Source of the DNA: Neocallimastix sp. 'constans'
Lineage: Eukaryota
Direction: 5' to 3'
Length of the DNA stretch: 64,000 nt
Assembly: GCA_050613775.1 (NCBI GenBank)
Contig: JBODTK010000103.1
Location: forward strand, 434,001-498,000
Shown: piece after piece, positions 1-20,200 of the stretch
Layout of the letters: every line of letters starts with the position of its first letter
How positions within the stretch are numbered: the first letter of the stretch is position 1
Notes under the pieces: generated by a model
Databases searched by the model: none
Told to the model about the DNA's origin: nothing
Seen by the model: the letters and a program-made list of their open reading frames with translations, nothing else
Program-made: the position numbers and the translations under genes

Positions 1-627
1 CTTAATAATCTTCAAAATCTTTCATTAACCTATGAATTAAAAGAATTCATTTTCCCATTAGATGATCAATTCTTTATACTATCATTTTCATCATTACGTG
101 CAAGTTATTCTTGCTTTGAAATGCTAAAGATGACTTTTGATTTCTTAAAGAATTCTACCTCCGTGATAGAAAATCCAGATTTCTATCAACTGGTATTAGA
201 TTGTTCTGGTCCCTTATTAGATAATACAAAATCCATTGTAGATGACTATTATGAAAAATTTTTAAAATGTGTCAACTATAATGTTAATAATGATTCAAAT
301 ATTACCCTGCCTACCACTAATACTAGCAATAACAATTCAAATTCAACTTCAAATCCTAATCCTAATCCTAGTAAATTAAATGATGAAACACTCATACCAA
401 TTAAAAATATCACTCTAAATAATTCTTCAGTTATTAATCCTAAGGCAACAAGTGAAGATCATCGACAAATTTATGAAGATTCTATTGAATATATTCATAG
501 TCTCATTCAATATACCATTATTATAAGAGAAATGACACAACGAGTAACTTTTAATCGTAATGTTATCGTTTCACTTCAAAATCTTACAAAATCTACAAAG
601 GCTCTTGTAAAATTTTGTTCAAAATAG
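1..627 (+). CDS. 3' end of a protein-coding gene entering from the left edge; product unknown
   Basis: The reading frame is open from base 1 (LNNLQNLSLTYELKEF...) through the ORF-track 121..627 segment to TAG. Protein-like composition with an N/S/P-rich linker, followed by an A/T-only 3' region. Confidence 0.75.
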   Translation, partial: LNNLQNLSLTYELKEFIFPLDDQFFILSFSSLRASYSCFEMLKMTFDFLKNSTSVIENPDFYQLVLDCSGPLLDNTKSIVDDYYEKFLKCVNYNVNNDSNITLPTTNTSNNNSNSTSNPNPNPSKLNDETLIPIKNITLNNSSVINPKATSEDHRQIYEDSIEYIHSLIQYTIIIREMTQRVTFNRNVIVSLQNLTKSTKALVKFCSK

Positions 628-1249
628 ATTTTTTTTTTTTTTATATATATATATTTTTTTTTATTTTTTTTTTTTTTTTTAAAAAAATAGAATAAATTAA
701 AATAAATTAAAATAAATAATATTAAAAAATAATAATAAAAAAATTACAAAAAAAAAAAATAAAATAAAATAAAAATAAAAATAAAAATATTTAAAAAAAA
801 AAAAAAAAAAATTGATAAGATAATAATAAAAAATTAAAAAATTAAAATTACAAAAAAATAAAAAAATAAAAAAATAAAAAAATAAAAATATTTCAATTAT
901 AAAAAACATACATTATATACATTATATATTATAAATTAATAATTAATTAATAAAATTAATAAATAAAATAAAATAAAATAATAAAAAAAAAAAAAAAAAA
1001 AAAAAAGTTAAAATAAAGAATTAGTATAATTATGTATGTATATAATTATTTTTTTTTTTTTTGTTTTTTTTTTTTATGTTATTACTTTATATATATAATT
1101 GTAATATATATATATATATATATATATAAAGAGAGGAGAAAAGAAAAGAGTAATAAAAAGTAATTTTTTTTTTTTTTGTCTTGTTTTGTTTTGTTTTTTG
1201 TTTTGTTTTTATGTTTAAATATATAAATTTTATATCTATTTATTTGATC

Positions 1250-1725
1250 TTATTAAATCTATTCCCAAAATGCCTTATTATTCCTGGACTTTAAGAATCT
1301 AGAACTTTGTACAAAAAAAAAAAAAAAAAAAAATAATAAAAATTATTAAATGTGTAAAATATGACGATATTTTAGAACGTTATTGGAAATCAATTTCCAA
1401 ATTTCAAGGTATTAAAGATCAAAACTACGATAGTAACAAGTTCTCAAATATAATAAAGCCTATAAATTATGCTTAGCTTAAAATATCCCCAATTCAACTT
1501 AGGGTTTTCGTGGATTATACGGTTATGCTGTGGTTATAAATACAATACTACTATTGCTATTAGAATGGGTAGAGTTTCAGAAGATTGTCCCAAGACTTGC
1601 CTCCTGTTGTGGCGAAGGGAATCAATCTTTTTTGAGCATTTGGATTTTTAAATGTGATGCTCTTGCATCTTTTAGATGAAATTCTTTAAATTTCATCGAT
1701 GAATCTCTCTATATTTTTATTCATT
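1250..1725 (+). mobile_element. Degenerate non-LTR retrotransposon (LINE) fragment, C-terminal zinc-knuckle region of the RT ORF
   Basis: Translation across stops and frameshifts gives ...LKYPQFNLGFSWIIRLCCGYKYNTTIAIRMGRVSEDCPKTC(P)CCGEGNQSFEH(W)IFKCDALASFR, a CCHC-type knuckle typical of LINE ORF2 C-termini. Interrupted by a poly-A tract at about 1311-1333. Confidence 0.7.
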
Positions 1726-1896
1726 AAGAAGATTAGAGCATTTAATCCTCTTTTCTTCCTTATATGACTCTATTTCTGATTTTGAAAGATTATATTAATT
1801 AATCATTATATATATACTTGTTCCTTCCTTCTTGGTGGAACTTTAGCTTTAAAATGAGCTACATGTATTTTTTTTTTTTTTTTTATAATAAAATTA

Positions 1897-1939
<43 letters not shown>

Positions 1940-2286
1940 GAAAAAACACTTCATTCATTTAAAATAATAAAATAAAATAAAATATTTATAATATACTTAT
2001 TTTTTTATTTATTAATAGTATTTTTAGTATTAAAAGTCTTTCAAGAAAAATAAAAAATAATTGCTATTTCAAATAAAAAAAAAAATTTTTTTTTTATATA
2101 TATTTATTTTATATATTTTATATATTTTCTTCTAAATTATTTAAAATTTACTTATTAATTCAATTATAATTTTTATTTATTAATTTATTTATATTTATTG
2201 TTAAAATTTTATTATATATATCTTTATTATATATTTATATTTTTATTTTTTTATTTTTTTATTATATTATTCTATTCTATTTTATT

Positions 2287-7531
<5,245 letters not shown>

Positions 7532-8084
7532 ATTTTTATTAAATTATAAATAATAGTAAAAAAAAAAAAAATAATAATAATAATTATAATATAAATATAT
7601 ATATATATTATATATTTAAAAAAATTTTTTAAAGAGTACAAAAAAAAAAGTATAATTTATTCTTCAATAACAAGGATATAATATTCTTATTAAATAATAA
7701 ATAATAATAAATTATTCCTTTTAATAAAAAAAAATAATTAAAAAACAAGAAAAAAAAAAAAAAAAAAAAAAAAAAGATTAAAAGATATTTTATTAATTAT
7801 GATTGGATAATATATATATCATATTATATATTAATTATTTTATAATAAAAAAAAATTATTTATAATATATGATTGATTTTTTATTAATAATTATTTATCA
7901 AAAAAAATTAAAATATATATATATTTATTATTATCTTAATTATTGCCTCTCTTCATTTAAAGTGGAATATTTAATATTTAAAAATAATAATAATAATAAT
8001 AAAAGAAAAAAAAATTATTCATCAAAATTTATAAATTTTAGGTCTAAATAATTCATAGATTAAATAGTATTAATAGTTATAACA

Positions 8085-8540
<456 letters not shown>

Positions 8541-9212
8541 GTTACAGCATAATCTAGGATTTAAATAAAATAATAAATAATTAATTTTTCATTTCTATTA
8601 TATTCATTGTATTTTTAAATTATTTATCTCTATTTTACCTAACTAAATTTAGATATTATTAGATTAAATTTTTATGCAAAATTTTAAGTAAAATAAATAT
8701 TATAATTATTTTTAGTTTTTCTTTTTATTTATCATCTTTTATATATAAAGTTAAAAAAAAATTTTTTTTTTTTTTGTTCTTCATTTATCAACTATTTAAT
8801 TAATAAAGATAAAACAAGTTTGCTGCCATTAAAAAGAAAAATTTTTTTTTGTTCTTCTATTATTTTATAAATATAAAATAAAATAAAAAAATTACTAAAT
8901 AATTATATTTATTTTTATTTTATTTTCTTAACTCTATTATATTATAATTACTTACTAAAGCGTTTGATCAAATAATTTTTTTTTATTTTATTTTAATAGA
9001 ATTTTCATTTTCATTAATTACTTCATTGACAATCTTTGTTTTTTCTTTTGATATTCTATCAATTTGTTAATGTATTCTTGTTTAAATCTTACTTCAAAAA
9101 TCGTTTAATCATCTTTAGAAAAAAAAAATGATTTAATTATTTCAGTTGTAATTTTTATTCTCAGCATTTTTAATTTTCATATTTTGAATTTATATATTTA
9201 TTTATTTATTTT

Positions 9213-9263
<51 letters not shown>

Positions 9264-11115
9264 TTTTTTGTTATTACTACGAAAAAAATTTTTTTTTTTT
9301 TTCTGGAGTTATTTCTTTCAATATAAGAAGAATATGAAAGGGGTTGCTTTGGTTCTCAATTAAAACAAAGAGATTGCCAGATTATCATAAATACTAAAAA
9401 AAATAAGATATCTTACTTCATTTTCATTTTATTTATTATTTTAAATGAAAAATAAAAAGAAAATAGTTATCAATTGTCAATTTGAAAGTGCATCCAATAA
9501 TATTTATTATTTATTAAAACAATGTTATAAATGAAGTTAAGAAAATTAGAAATTAGAATATTTTTTACAAGAGACATTCATGAAAACAAATATATATATA
9601 TATATATATTAACAGTAGAAGCAGCTAAATCAAGAATAAAAATTAAGAAAAAAAATTTTTTTAGAGGTTTAGTTAAGCCAAATCTATTTAGAATCTTTTT
9701 TTTTGTTTGTTTGTTTGTTTGTTTGTTTTTTATTAATATAAAATAATTTAAAATAATCCTTGATTCTGAAGTGAGAGGATATCATTAATCAATAGTGTTA
9801 TACTAAATAATAATAATACAATTGAAAATTTGTTTTTCATTTCTTCTATGAATATAGAAGTGATTTTTAGAAAAAATTTTGGCAATTTTGATAATAGTTT
9901 TCAATGGTTAGTTATAAGCATCTTGAGAATCAAGAGATATTATAAATGAATAGAAAAGTATATAAATACCAAGATCTTCAAAATGTAATAGAAATAATAA
10001 ATTAAAAAACAAGAACATTATTTAAATTAGAAAAGAATTCTAATTCAGGAATTCCTTTTTCAATTCGGAAAATACTTATGCCACTCAACTTTTAAAGTTA
10101 AAGTTATTATTTTATTGAAGAATTTAAAATCATAATTAATAAATCGAAATTAAAATAAAAAATAGAAATAAAAAATACATAAAATAATAATAATAATAAT
10201 TATAATTATAATAAATAATCTTTTTATATACATAAATTATTTCACAGAATTTACAATATTAATAACATTCATCTACATCAACTATTTATATCATCCATTT
10301 AAAAGACTTATAGTCATTAATTTATAAATATAATCCATTAATATGTTTCATTCATTCATTTCATTAATATTGTAAATATAATCTATTATTATGTTTCATT
10401 CATTCTTCTCATTTATATAGAACATTTATATATTTCATTCATATCATTCATTAACAACATTTATATATTTCTTATATATATTTCCTTTATACCATTCATT
10501 TAGCCAATCAATTAACAAATTTCCATTATACCATCCATATATGTAATCTATCATTATATATCATTTATACCTTTTATATATTTTACAATAAGCAATAGCG
10601 AATATCATTATAACCTATTTATACTATTTATTTATTTAATTAAACGATTCATTTTCATAATATTTATATATTTTATTGTATTAATGATTAAAAGATTTTA
10701 ATTATAAAAAAAAAAAAAATAGAATTTGATATTAAAATAAAAAAAATTTTTACTCGTAATTTTTTAACAATTAAAACACTCTTTACAGATAAACTCTTTA
10801 TAAAGACTTTTAAATTAATATTCAGAATTTACACAATACTAAATAGAAAAATAATATGGAAAAGTATAACTCAAAACATAAAATTACTATTTCATTTGAA
10901 AAAAAAAATAATAATAAAAATAAAAATAAAATAAATTTAAAAATGTAACAAAAATATAAAAAATGTTTATATCAAAATTTTATCTTGTCCTAAATTTTTT
11001 TATATTCTTAATCAAATTGTAAAACCAATAAAATCAATATATGACATTTTTAATTTTTCTTTTTTTATATACATTAACCATTTTTTTGTTCACAATAAAT
11101 ATACTATATAAATAT

Positions 11116-11174
<59 letters not shown>

Positions 11175-11700
11175 TGTAATTTTAATACTATTAAACTTTT
11201 TTTAGTTAATAATTTCATTCTAACTGCTATTTTAGTAATTTTTTAAATTTTATTATAATTATTGTTATTATGATTATTATGATTATAATTATTAGGATTA
11301 TTAAAGGATAATAAAGTATTAATAATATTATTATTATTACTAATAATATTGTATATAATTGTTTCTTATTTTGATTTTTTTTTATGAATGTTTATTATTA
11401 ATATTTTTATTAATTTTTTTTTTACCTATTTATGTTTAAATTATTAAAATTAAATATAAATATATTAGTCTTTCTTTCATTATGTCATTTGAATAATACT
11501 GAAAAACTTCAAATATATTCTTGCTTTATATATAAATAAAATTATACAGTTTATTGAATTTTAATAAACTGTATAATTATATAAAATATTATATAATCAG
11601 CAGTCATTATGTTACAAATTCATAAATGGAAACTTGTTTTCCAATAATCTTTAATGGTAGAATATAAAACAAAAAACAAAAACAAAAACAAAAACAAAAA

Positions 11701-11735
<35 letters not shown>

Positions 11736-13806
11736 AACAAATAAAAAATAAAATAAAAAATAAAAAAGTAACATAAATATATAAATAAATATATAATATA
11801 AATAATATAAATATATAAATAAATAATATATAAAAATTAACTTTATTCAAAATAATTTTTGATTTTTATTTTCAATAATTAAAATTTTTAACATATCAAA
11901 AAAATTTTTTTCTTTTCCTAAATAAGAAATAATTAATACTTAATTTTTTATTGATCTAATCTTTTATTATTGGTAGTTCGATAAACTTTTTTTTTTTAAT
12001 TAAAAAAATAATTTAAATAATATTTAAATATAATATAATAAATAAACATAAAAAATAAAAAATTAAATAAAATTAAAGTAAAACTAAAATGGAAATATAC
12101 TATAATTAAATATAAATTAATATATAAATAAAAAAATTAATTAGAATATATTATATAATAAATAATTATTAATAAATAATTATTTAATAAATAATTTTTA
12201 AATAAATACAATTATAATATAATAAATTTTATTCTATTTTGTTAATCTTTTTCTTCTTCAGTTTGAAGTATATTATAATATATAGTGATATATATTATTT
12301 GATATATATTTTTTTTAATTAGATTTTTATATTAATATTTTTTTTATAAATTTATGTTACACCTTTTTATATTATAAAAATTATCTATATAGTTAGGTCA
12401 ATTTTAATTATAAATGGAACAATAATAAAAATAAAAATAAAAATAAAAAAAATAAAAAAAAATAGGTATAAAATATAATAGTATTTAAAAAAGATTTAAA
12501 TATATATATTTAGAAATTAAAATAAAGAAAAATAATAATAATAAATAACAAAAAAGATATAAAAAAAGAAAAGAATAAATGATAAATGGTAAAATTAAGG
12601 AGATGGATATAAATTTATATATATATATTAAATTTTTTTTTACTAATAATATATTCCATAATTAATATATTTTATCCCCCTTAATTTATAAAGTGTTTCT
12701 CTAAAAGTTACTTTTAGAATTATATTCTTATATTCTTAATAATTGATTATTTTATTCAAGATTATTTTTAAGAAAATGTACATACATCTTCATATCTTTT
12801 AAAATAAATATTATGTATAATATATGGATATTTTCATGGTATAAATAGTAGATAAATAAAAATAATTCAAAATATTTTATAAATGACCACTATGAAATTA
12901 TTAATAATATCCAATATTTTATTATTTATTCTATTTTTCATTTAATCCTTTTTTAAAAGCTTTTTTATTTTGTTTTTTGTTTTTTGCTTTTGTTTTTCTT
13001 TTAACTACTATTTATAATTATATTTATAATACTATCGAAATATGATAAGAAACTTTAAATAATGGAATTATATTTTATATTATTTAAATATTAAAATTAT
13101 TTCTTTGTATATATTTTGAAGAATAAAATTTGACAATAAAAAAGCTTATATAATAATTAAAAAAAAAATAAAATAAAAAAAATAAATAAAATATATATAT
13201 AAATAAATAAAAAAAAGAGAGAATAAAATATAGTATATATAAATAATTAAATTCTATAGAATTGGAAAAAAAAAAGTTTATTTTATAAATTAATTGTATC
13301 ACAAATTTCAAAAAGTTATATTGAATTAATTTATATCATTGAACCACTTAATACTCGATTAAATCATTCCATTTAAAAATATATAATATATTATACTATG
13401 ATATGATATATGATATATGATATACTTTTATACTATTTACTAAAAAAAGAAATAATTAAAAAAAAAGTTCTATTTTTATTTTTATATATTTTATATATTT
13501 TATATATTTTATATATGCTACAATTATTATATTACCAAAAATATTATTTATATATATATTTATTTATTTATTAAGACTACTTTTATTATTTACTATTTAT
13601 TATAAGTACAAAATTATTAAATTATTAAAGATTAATTGTTATAATCAAAAAACTCTCTTAAATATGTTATTTATTTAAAAATAAAATATAAAAAGTTGAA
13701 AGTCCTTTAACAAAAGAAATATATATTTAAATGTTAACATAAACATTGCTTAACTTTATCTTATAGCAAAAAAAAGAGGGGAAGCTTTAATCATTCATAA
13801 GAATAG

Positions 13807-13837
<31 letters not shown>

Positions 13838-15233
13838 TTTATATATTTATTTGATTCTTTCTTCCTTCTATTAATATATTTGTTAGCCTGGTGTTAAATG
13901 AAGTAGAATTACTATGGTTTATTTTAAAATAATATTAATTATACTTTTTTTCACAGTTAATTAATATATCATATTAAATATATCTTTTTATTTTACTTTT
14001 CCGTTTTATTTAAAAATTTTTTAACTCTATTTATTATTTATTCATGAATTATTTTTTTTTTAATTTATTAATATTTAATTTATTAATATTTAATTTATTA
14101 ATTACTTATTTATTAATTATTATTAATTAATTATTTATTTATTAGTAAAATAATTAATAAAAGAAATTTACTTTTAATTTTAAAATGATTATAATCTATT
14201 AATAAATAACTTTATTAATTAATATACTCATTAAGATTGTTAAATAAAATGTTCTTAAGATATTAAGAATAAAAGCTTATATAAATATAATAAAAATAAA
14301 AACTTTTCATTATTATCTTTGATAATAACTCAATATCTAATTAATCCTATTATTTAATTATTTCAATTATTATTAATAATAATGAAAAAATATTTATTTT
14401 TAATAATTGTATCTTTTTTTTTTCCATTTGTTTAAATAATTCTCAAAAATCTTTAATAATAATTTTCTTTTAATCTCTTTTTTTTTATTTTTTTTAAAAA
14501 AAAAAAAATTAATTTATCTAATTGAAAAGTTAGTTTATTATTCTATTATATAAATAATATATAAATATATAAATCTTAATAAACTAAATCATAATATATT
14601 ATTGATAATATATAGATACTTTAAAGGATTATTATTTATACATATAAATTTTGAAAAATTTTATATCAATTTAAGCTTTTCTTTTTTATAAATTTATCTT
14701 ATTTGTTTATTATTATTATATATTTAGCAATATACTTATTTAAAAAAATATTTTATAATATATTATATAATATTGTATATAAATATAAAATTATATAAAT
14801 ATAAAATTATATATACCATTTAAACTTTAAATAAATAGAATATATATTAGAATAAGATATAATAAATCATGTAATAAATTTAATATAATAGATCCATTTA
14901 TTGTAATATATAGTAACTATATATCATCAAATACATAATACCATAAAATTAGAAAAAATAGATTGTATTGTAAAAATATATGAACATAAAATAAAAAAAA
15001 TAAAAAAAAAAGAGAAAAACCAAACTTTATATTTATCTTTTGTGTGTAAGGATATTAAATAAAAATAATAATAAGATATAAGTATTAAAATTATTTTATA
15101 CTTTCGATAATGCTTTACTTTAAATATATAAATAAAATTCCAGCATATAAATAAAATATGATATATTGTAACATTAAATATTTTAAATTGCTAAATAGAA
15201 ATACTAATAATCACAAAAAAATTTAAATAATAA

Positions 15234-15292
<59 letters not shown>

Positions 15293-16152
15293 TATATGTA
15301 TCATATTGAAATATCAGTGGATATGAAATGTATTAAAAAAATTGTAGTACAAATCTTGTGAAATGATTTGGAATATTTCATTTAAATATTAAAAAATAAA
15401 AAAAAAATGTAGGTTTTTTTTACATGATAAAAAAACGCCATATATTACATATAATTATTAATCTTTAAAAAATTAATGATCTGTAATTGTATTATATAAA
15501 GCCATAAATATTTCCCTTTTTTTTTACTATAATAATAATATTAATTTAATTATAATAAAGGAAATATTTTTTTTACCTAATTTTTTTTTTTTTTTTTTGT
15601 ATTTTTTTATAATATATTATTTCATATACTTTATATTATATTAAATTATAATAAATTATATTAAAATTATATTAAAATTATTAAATTTATTTTATTATTT
15701 ATTGTTTTTTTTTTTTTTTTTTCTTCTATTTTTTTATATTTATTTTATAATTTATTATTTCTTTTCTTTATTTTACATCTTAACTTTTTATTTTTAATTT
15801 TCAATGTAGTGATTATGACAAAAAATATTGAAAATTATATAAAATAACTTTAAAAAAAAAAAAGAAAAGAAAGAAAAGAAAGAAAATAGAATTAAAAAAA
15901 ACTATTATAGATATAATATATAAAAGGAATTATTTTAGAAATATTAATTTTATATAAATAAAAATAAAAATAAAAATATATTAAAAAAAAAAATTAACAA
16001 TTATTAATCAATCTATTATACTATTAGGAAAATAAATATATATTTATATGTATATTTATTGTTCAATAAATAATATTTTTATTGAATAATAAAACAATTT
16101 AGAATTCAAAAAAAATTATTAAACTATCCATTAAAGATATTCATTATATTCT

Positions 16153-16197
<45 letters not shown>

Positions 16198-16552
16198 GAT
16201 ATAAATTAATATATATCTAATTGGTATACTATAGAATGTAAAATTTCTTTTAATTGAAATAATTAACCTCATTTTATTATCTTTTTGTTGATTTTAAAGA
16301 TAATTGATAATTTATAAATTAAAATTATATTTATATAAAACTTTTATATAATAAATCTTTATAATATTAAATAGTTTGATAATATTACAATCTCTAAATC
16401 ATAAATTATTAAAATTAATTTATCATATACTTTTATTAATTAAATTATTATTATCAATTATTTCAATTAATAAAGAAGAGAACAAAATATTAAGGAAAAA
16501 ATAATAATAAAGCAAAGACGTTTTTATTGAATAATTTTTTTAAATATTTATA

Positions 16553-16584
<32 letters not shown>

Positions 16585-17290
16585 CGTATATACTGAAGCA
16601 TCAAATATTTAATTTATAAAATATTAATTTATTAATTAAATAATAATTTTTTAGCTTCAATTCTGTTATTTTTTTTTCTTAAATAAATTATTGTTTATTG
16701 TTTTCCATTAATGTATATTGCTATTGAAAAACGTAATAATATATATATACAACATGCATTCTTATTATTCAAACTAAAATAATAATAATAATAATAATAA
16801 AATATTTATACTCATTAAATAAATTTTATAATTAATTATTATAATAAAAAGCATATAACAAATATATCATATCAAGTTTTTGTATCAATATTAATTTAAC
16901 TTGAAGGTAATAATTATTTTTATATATAATAAAAATAAATATTGTAATATTTTAAGTACAAATATATATATATAAGTTTAAAAAAAATTTATTTATATAA
17001 CAAATTTATGAGTTAATATTCGTATTTCTTTTCTCATTCATATTCATAATTAAGAAAATTATACTAATTATATATATATATAAGTTTTATACTCATATAT
17101 ATAAACTTTTTTCTTTTAAATTCAGAAATTTGGAAATATATATATTTAATATTTTATTATATTTTCTAGTATTAATGAAAACTATAAATAAAGTAAGTAT
17201 TATTTAATATATTGGATTTATACATATTTGTAATATTAATTTTATAATAGATATATAAATAATATTTTTTATATATATAAAAATAGAAAT

Positions 17291-20200
17291 ATGCAACCTA
17301 CTTCAGTTTTGCATCAATCAAGAAACCAAGATAATCCAGCAAAAAAATTAATGAATTTAGATAATAATAGTATTAAATATAGCTCAACAGATAATATTAC
17401 AGATAGTATCAGTAATACAAAAATTATAAATAAAGAAAATAGTTATAATACTGGTAATAACATAAATTATAATATATCTATGAATAATAATAATTCCTCA
17501 AAAATATCAAAGAATATTAAAACAGTAATGAAAGAAAAACTAAAATTAAAATCAAATAAAGATAAAAATACTAGGGATCAGCATTCTAATGCACATATTA
17601 TGAAAAATATGTTCAAAAAAAGAAAAAATCATTTGTCTACAGAATCAGAAAATGCAATCACAAATGATCATTTTATTAAAGATTCTTATGATGATAATAC
17701 AACGATAATAAATAAAAATTTATTGAATGATAAAAATCCAAGTAAAACTACTATCCCAACTAATCATTTTATTAATAATAACGAAATTATAATACCTGAT
17801 AATCCTTCTATTTCCTCGAATTCATCTCCTACTCTTGATCTCGATACCCTAAATAGTGGAAATAATAGGGAGGTTCAAGAAAGTAATGACATTATTAATT
17901 CATCAACCAGTAAAGTAAATATTTCTTCTTCTTCTATAAAGATGGAATCTTCAGAAAATAATTGTAAACCTTATCATGAATCAATACTACTTAATAATTT
18001 TAATTCCTCCCTAAATAACATAGATAAGGATAAGAATGATTCATTAGAAGACTCGACAAATTATAGAAATCCTCAACAAAATTTATTACAAGTTGTAAAT
18101 AATAATCTTGAAACCACTAATAATAATGGTTATCATAGTTATAATAGTAGTAGAAGAAGCAGTATAACAATAGATTCATGTAAAACAATGAATAATGAAA
18201 ATGAAATTGAGAATATTAATAATGAGGATAATAATGATGAAATAAAAGAAAAAAACAATAATAATAATATTTATGAAAATGTTACTGTTATCTCTTCACC
18301 TTTTGAAAGCTATGTCAATGACGATAGCAATCAAAATAACATCATCAAAGATAGTATAAGCAATGATGAAATAGCCCACATTAAAAAATCAAATAAAAAT
18401 AGCGTTGGTCCTTTAAGTGATACTAATGCTAATAATAATAATCAAAATTTTCTTGATTTAAAATTAACAAAGAATGATATTTTAAATAATAATGATATTT
18501 TAGATCTTAAGAACAGCGTGTTTTTGAATGATTCAAATTTTCCTCATTTGGATTCCAATAGAAATAATTTAAATAAAAAAATAAATTTAAATAATGTTCT
18601 TACCATTAATACTTCTATTGTGAATTTAAATAAGCCTAATATTAAATCACCTTCATATAATACGGATGTTATATATGATCATTCTAGAACTAGTACCAGC
18701 AGCTCTAATGAAAATAATAATATAAATGAAGAAAATAGAGAAGAAAAACGCAGTCATAGTTGTAGTAGTATTAATACTATACTAAATAGTCCAAATATGA
18801 AATATGGGAAAACTAGTGATGTAGTAAATAATAGTCCTCATAAAGTTTATGGTCAACTCCATGGAAATTTAATAAATACTTCAGAAAATAAAAATAATAA
18901 TTTAATAAGTAAAAAGGCTATTATTAAAAATGCTCTTAAAAATAATAATGTAGGTTTAATTTATACAAAACGGGCTAGTTCTATGAATAATTTAAATAAA
19001 TTGAAACTTAATATTAATAATACAATTTTATTTCAAACCTCCTCTCCAAAATCAGCAAAATCAACACTCTCAAATAAAAGCTTAGATGAACCTTCAATTA
19101 TCTCCCCTTTATTACCAAATTTGAAAAGAAAAAATGGTTATTTATATAACGATCTTTTATTAAATCATCGTTCCAATTCTGGAAAAAAGGAAGGAGTAAA
19201 TAATTCATTAGATATCCATCATAGTAAGATCAATGGACAAAATCATAATAATCTTAATGGTAATGGTAACAGCAATAGTAATAATAATAGTAGTAGTAGT
19301 AGCAATAATAATAGTAATAATAATAATAGTAGTAGTAATGGTTATGGTAATATCAATTTTAATAGTAATATTATTGCCAATAGTAATAGTAATAATATTA
19401 ATATTAATAAAATTCCTCAAAACTTTAATATTAATACAAGTGAAGACATAATAGCTTTTCCATCAATTAATAAAATAAATGATGAGGTAGAAAGTAATGT
19501 TGGTAATATTGATATTAATGGTCATAATCAAAGTGATAAATCAATAGATGATGAAACTTTCAATGATTCACAACTCATGGATGAAAAAATATCCTTAATA
19601 AAAAATTGGGATTTCTATAAACAGTTTTATCGATATCTTAATCTTAATGATTTAACATTTAAAAATAAATTTATTGAACAAGAATATAATAAGGTATTAA
19701 TTTCATTGGATGAAAAATTTTGGAAAAATGATATACCGTTAGAGTGTTCCTTTTTTTGTATTATCGATATCATACTTAATTTATTCAATGATAATCTTCA
19801 ATCCATTAAAATTCAATTATTAACAATATTAATACCAATATTAATTATTTTTATTCTAATTAAGCTATTTCATTTAAACCGACGTAATAAATTAATGAAT
19901 TTTGCCATTGTCCTCGTATTTACATTAATTGGCCCATTCAATTATTTGATTAGCTTTTTTTCAAAAAAAATTACAAATACTTACCTCTTCATCTTATTTA
20001 CCTTAAATCTTATTATATGGGTTTTTGCTGGACATTTTATATTGCATACCAACTTTAAATATACCCGTTATTCAATGATTATCTGTTATTTATTTTGTTT
20101 AATACCATTTTACTATAAATTATTTTACATTGATACCAAATCATTAATTAATTCACATCCTACCTCACCTCCATTATTAAATAATAATAATTATACTCTT

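Noticed and set aside
7672..7680. ATATCCTTG upstream of the TRM2 start as a third U12 donor
   Set aside because: Non-coding context, imperfect consensus and no coding constraint or branch motif to validate it.
8800..10100. Coding-like degenerate sequence upstream of TRM2
   Set aside because: Probably a decayed element or pseudogene, but no diagnostic motif could be stitched together.
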